Positions 62,259 to 64,000 of a stretch of 64,000 nucleotides of DNA are shown here, one piece after another (the first letter of the stretch is position 1; each line of letters opens with the position of its first letter). Location: assembly GCF_964194155.1 (NCBI RefSeq), contig NC_135900.1, positions 20,336,001 to 20,400,000 of the forward strand. The letters are read 5' to 3'. The translations under genes were made by a program, and so were the position numbers. Source of the DNA: Cetorhinus maximus (Eukaryota). The notes below the pieces were generated by a model that saw only the letters and a list, made by a program, of their open reading frames with translations, made no database searches and had not been told where the DNA came from.

Positions 62259-64000
62259 TAAAACAAAAACAGAATTACCTGGAAAAACTCAGCAGGTCTG
62301 GCAGCATCGGTGGAGAAGAAAACAGTTGACGTTTCGAGTCCTCATGACCCTTCGGCAGAACTGAAGTATAGTTAGGAGAGAGGTGAAATATAAGCTGGTC
62401 TAAGGTGGGGGGCAGGGGGAGAGAGAAGTTGAGGGTGGGGTGGTTGTAGGGATAAGCAAGCAGTGATAGGAGCAGATAATCAAAAGATGTCACAGACAAA
62501 AGGATCAAAGAGGTGTTGAAGGTGGTGATATTATCTAAGAAAAGTGCTAATTAAGAATGGATGGCAGGATACTCAAGGTACAGCTCTAGTGGGGGTGGGG
62601 TGGCAAGACTAACAAAGTATTAGTCGTAGATTTAAAAATAATGGAAATAGGTGGGAAAAGAAGAATCTATATAAATTATTGAAAAAAAAAGGGAGGGGGA
62701 AGAAACGGGGTGGGGATGGGGGGAGGGGGAGTTTAAGATCGAAAGTTGTTGAATTCAATATTCAGCCCGGAAGGCTGTAAAGTACCTAGTCGGAAGATGA
62801 GGTGTTGTTCCTCCAGTTTGCGTTGGGCTTCACTGGAACAATGCAGCAAGCCAAGGACAGACATGTGGGCAAGAGAACAGGGTGGAGTGTTAAAATGGCA
62901 AGCGACAGGGAGGTTTGGGTCTTTCTTGCGGACAGACCGCAGGTGTTCTGCAAAGCGGTCGCCCAGTTTGCGTTTGGTCTCTCCAATGTAGAGGAGACCG
63001 CATTGGGAGCAACGAATGCAGTAGACTAAGTTAGGGGAAATGCAAGTGAAATGCTGCTTCACTTGAAAGGAGTGTTTGGGCCCTTGGACGGTGAGGAGAG
63101 AGGAAGTGAAGGGGCAGGTGTTGCATCTTCTGCGTGGGCATGGGGAGGTGCCATAGGTGGGGGTTGAGGAGTAGGGGGTGATGGAGGAGTGGACCAGGGT
63201 GTCCCGGAGGGAACGATCCCTACGGAATGCCGCCGGGGGGGGGTGAAGAGAAGATGTTTTTGGTGGTGGCATCATGCTGGAGTTGGTGGAAATGGCGGAG
63301 GATGATCCTTTGAATGCGGAGGCTGGTGGGGTGATAAGTGAGGACAAGGGGGACCCTATCATGATTCTGGGAGGGAGGAGAAGGCGTGAGGGCGGATGCG
63401 CGGGATATGGGCCGGACATGGTTGAGGGCCCTGTCAACGACCGTGGGTGGAAAACCTCGGTTAAGGAAGAAGGAGGACATGTCAGAGGAGCTGTTTTTGA
63501 AGGTAGTGTCATCAGAACAGATGCGACGGAGGCGAAGGAACTGAGAGAATGGGATGGAGTCCTTACAGGAAGCGGGGTGTGAGGAGCTGTGGTCGAAGTA
63601 GCTGTGGGAGTCGGTAGGCTTGTAATGGATATTGGTGGACAGTCTATCATCAGAAATTGAGACAGAGAGGTCAAGGAAGGGAAGAGAAGTGTCAGAGATG
63701 GACCATGTGAAAATGATGGAGGGGTGGAGATTGGAAGCAAAATTAATAAATTTTTCCAGGTCCCGACGAAAGCATGAAGCAGCACCGAAGTAATCATCGA
63801 TGTACCGGAGAAAGAGTTGTGGGAGGGGGCCAGAGTAGGACTGGAACAAGGAATGTTCCACATACCCCATAAAGAGACAGGCATAGCTGGGGCCCATGCG
63901 GGTACCCAGAGCCACACCTTTTATTTGGAGGAAGTGAGAGGAGTTAAAGGAGAAATTGTTCAGTGAGAGAACAAGTTCAGCCAGACGGAGGAGAGTAGTG
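62259..64000 (-). mobile_element. Penelope-like retroelement (RT + GIY-YIG endonuclease), near-intact within the window, extends beyond the edge
   Basis: ORF 63220-63915 RT (GTRMGPSYACLFMG, FLRYIDD, PFLDL). ORF 62733-63917 C-terminus has CxxxxCxxC and GIY-YIG (NLVYCIRC...LYIGET...RFAEH...E...GLNIEF). One frameshift in a G9 run at about 63235-63243. Terminal repeat at 62259-62365. Confidence 0.95.
62323..62363 (-). ncRNA. Minimal type I hammerhead ribozyme motif with a core substitution
   Basis: Reverse complement CAGTT-CTGCCGA-A-GGGTC-ATGAG-GACTC-GAAAC-GTC-AACTG. Perfect stem I (CAGTT/AACTG), stem II, palindromic ACGT stem III and GUC site, but CUGCCGA in place of CUGANGA. Confidence 0.7.

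Overview
Vertebrate genomic DNA, almost certainly from a shark or other cartilaginous fish: the repeat landscape has HER1/CR1-type LINEs, Deu-domain SINEs, tRNA-headed SINEs and Penelope-like elements. Repeats make up roughly half of the window. It holds the last three coding exons of TMEM19 (+, 2819-9359) and the complete 7-exon RAB21 gene (+, 41386-57122, 216 aa), in the same order as in mammals. The main finding lies between them: a small spliced gene that the ORF track captures only in part. It has a CpG-rich TATA/CCAAT promoter at about 28.2-28.45 kb, a non-coding first exon, and coding exons 31530-31621, 31698-31781 and 33149-33260. The predicted 95-aa protein carries FRSPTDSMLSPCSQRL, a close match to the conserved motif of fungal Spo12/Bns1 (FEAR network, Cdc14 release). 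It also has a KEN box and an RxL-type motif, so it is a candidate vertebrate Spo12-family cell-cycle regulator. Secondary findings: Penelope-like elements whose terminal repeats contain minimal hammerhead-ribozyme motifs; a palindromic Penelope terminal repeat probably in the RAB21 3' UTR; a tRNA-headed LINE whose short SINE-like copies look like its own internal-deletion derivatives; and several nested insertions with readable target-site duplications. Family assignments come from recalled motifs, not database searches. Exon boundaries were read by hand, and repeat boundaries are approximate unless a TSD is quoted.
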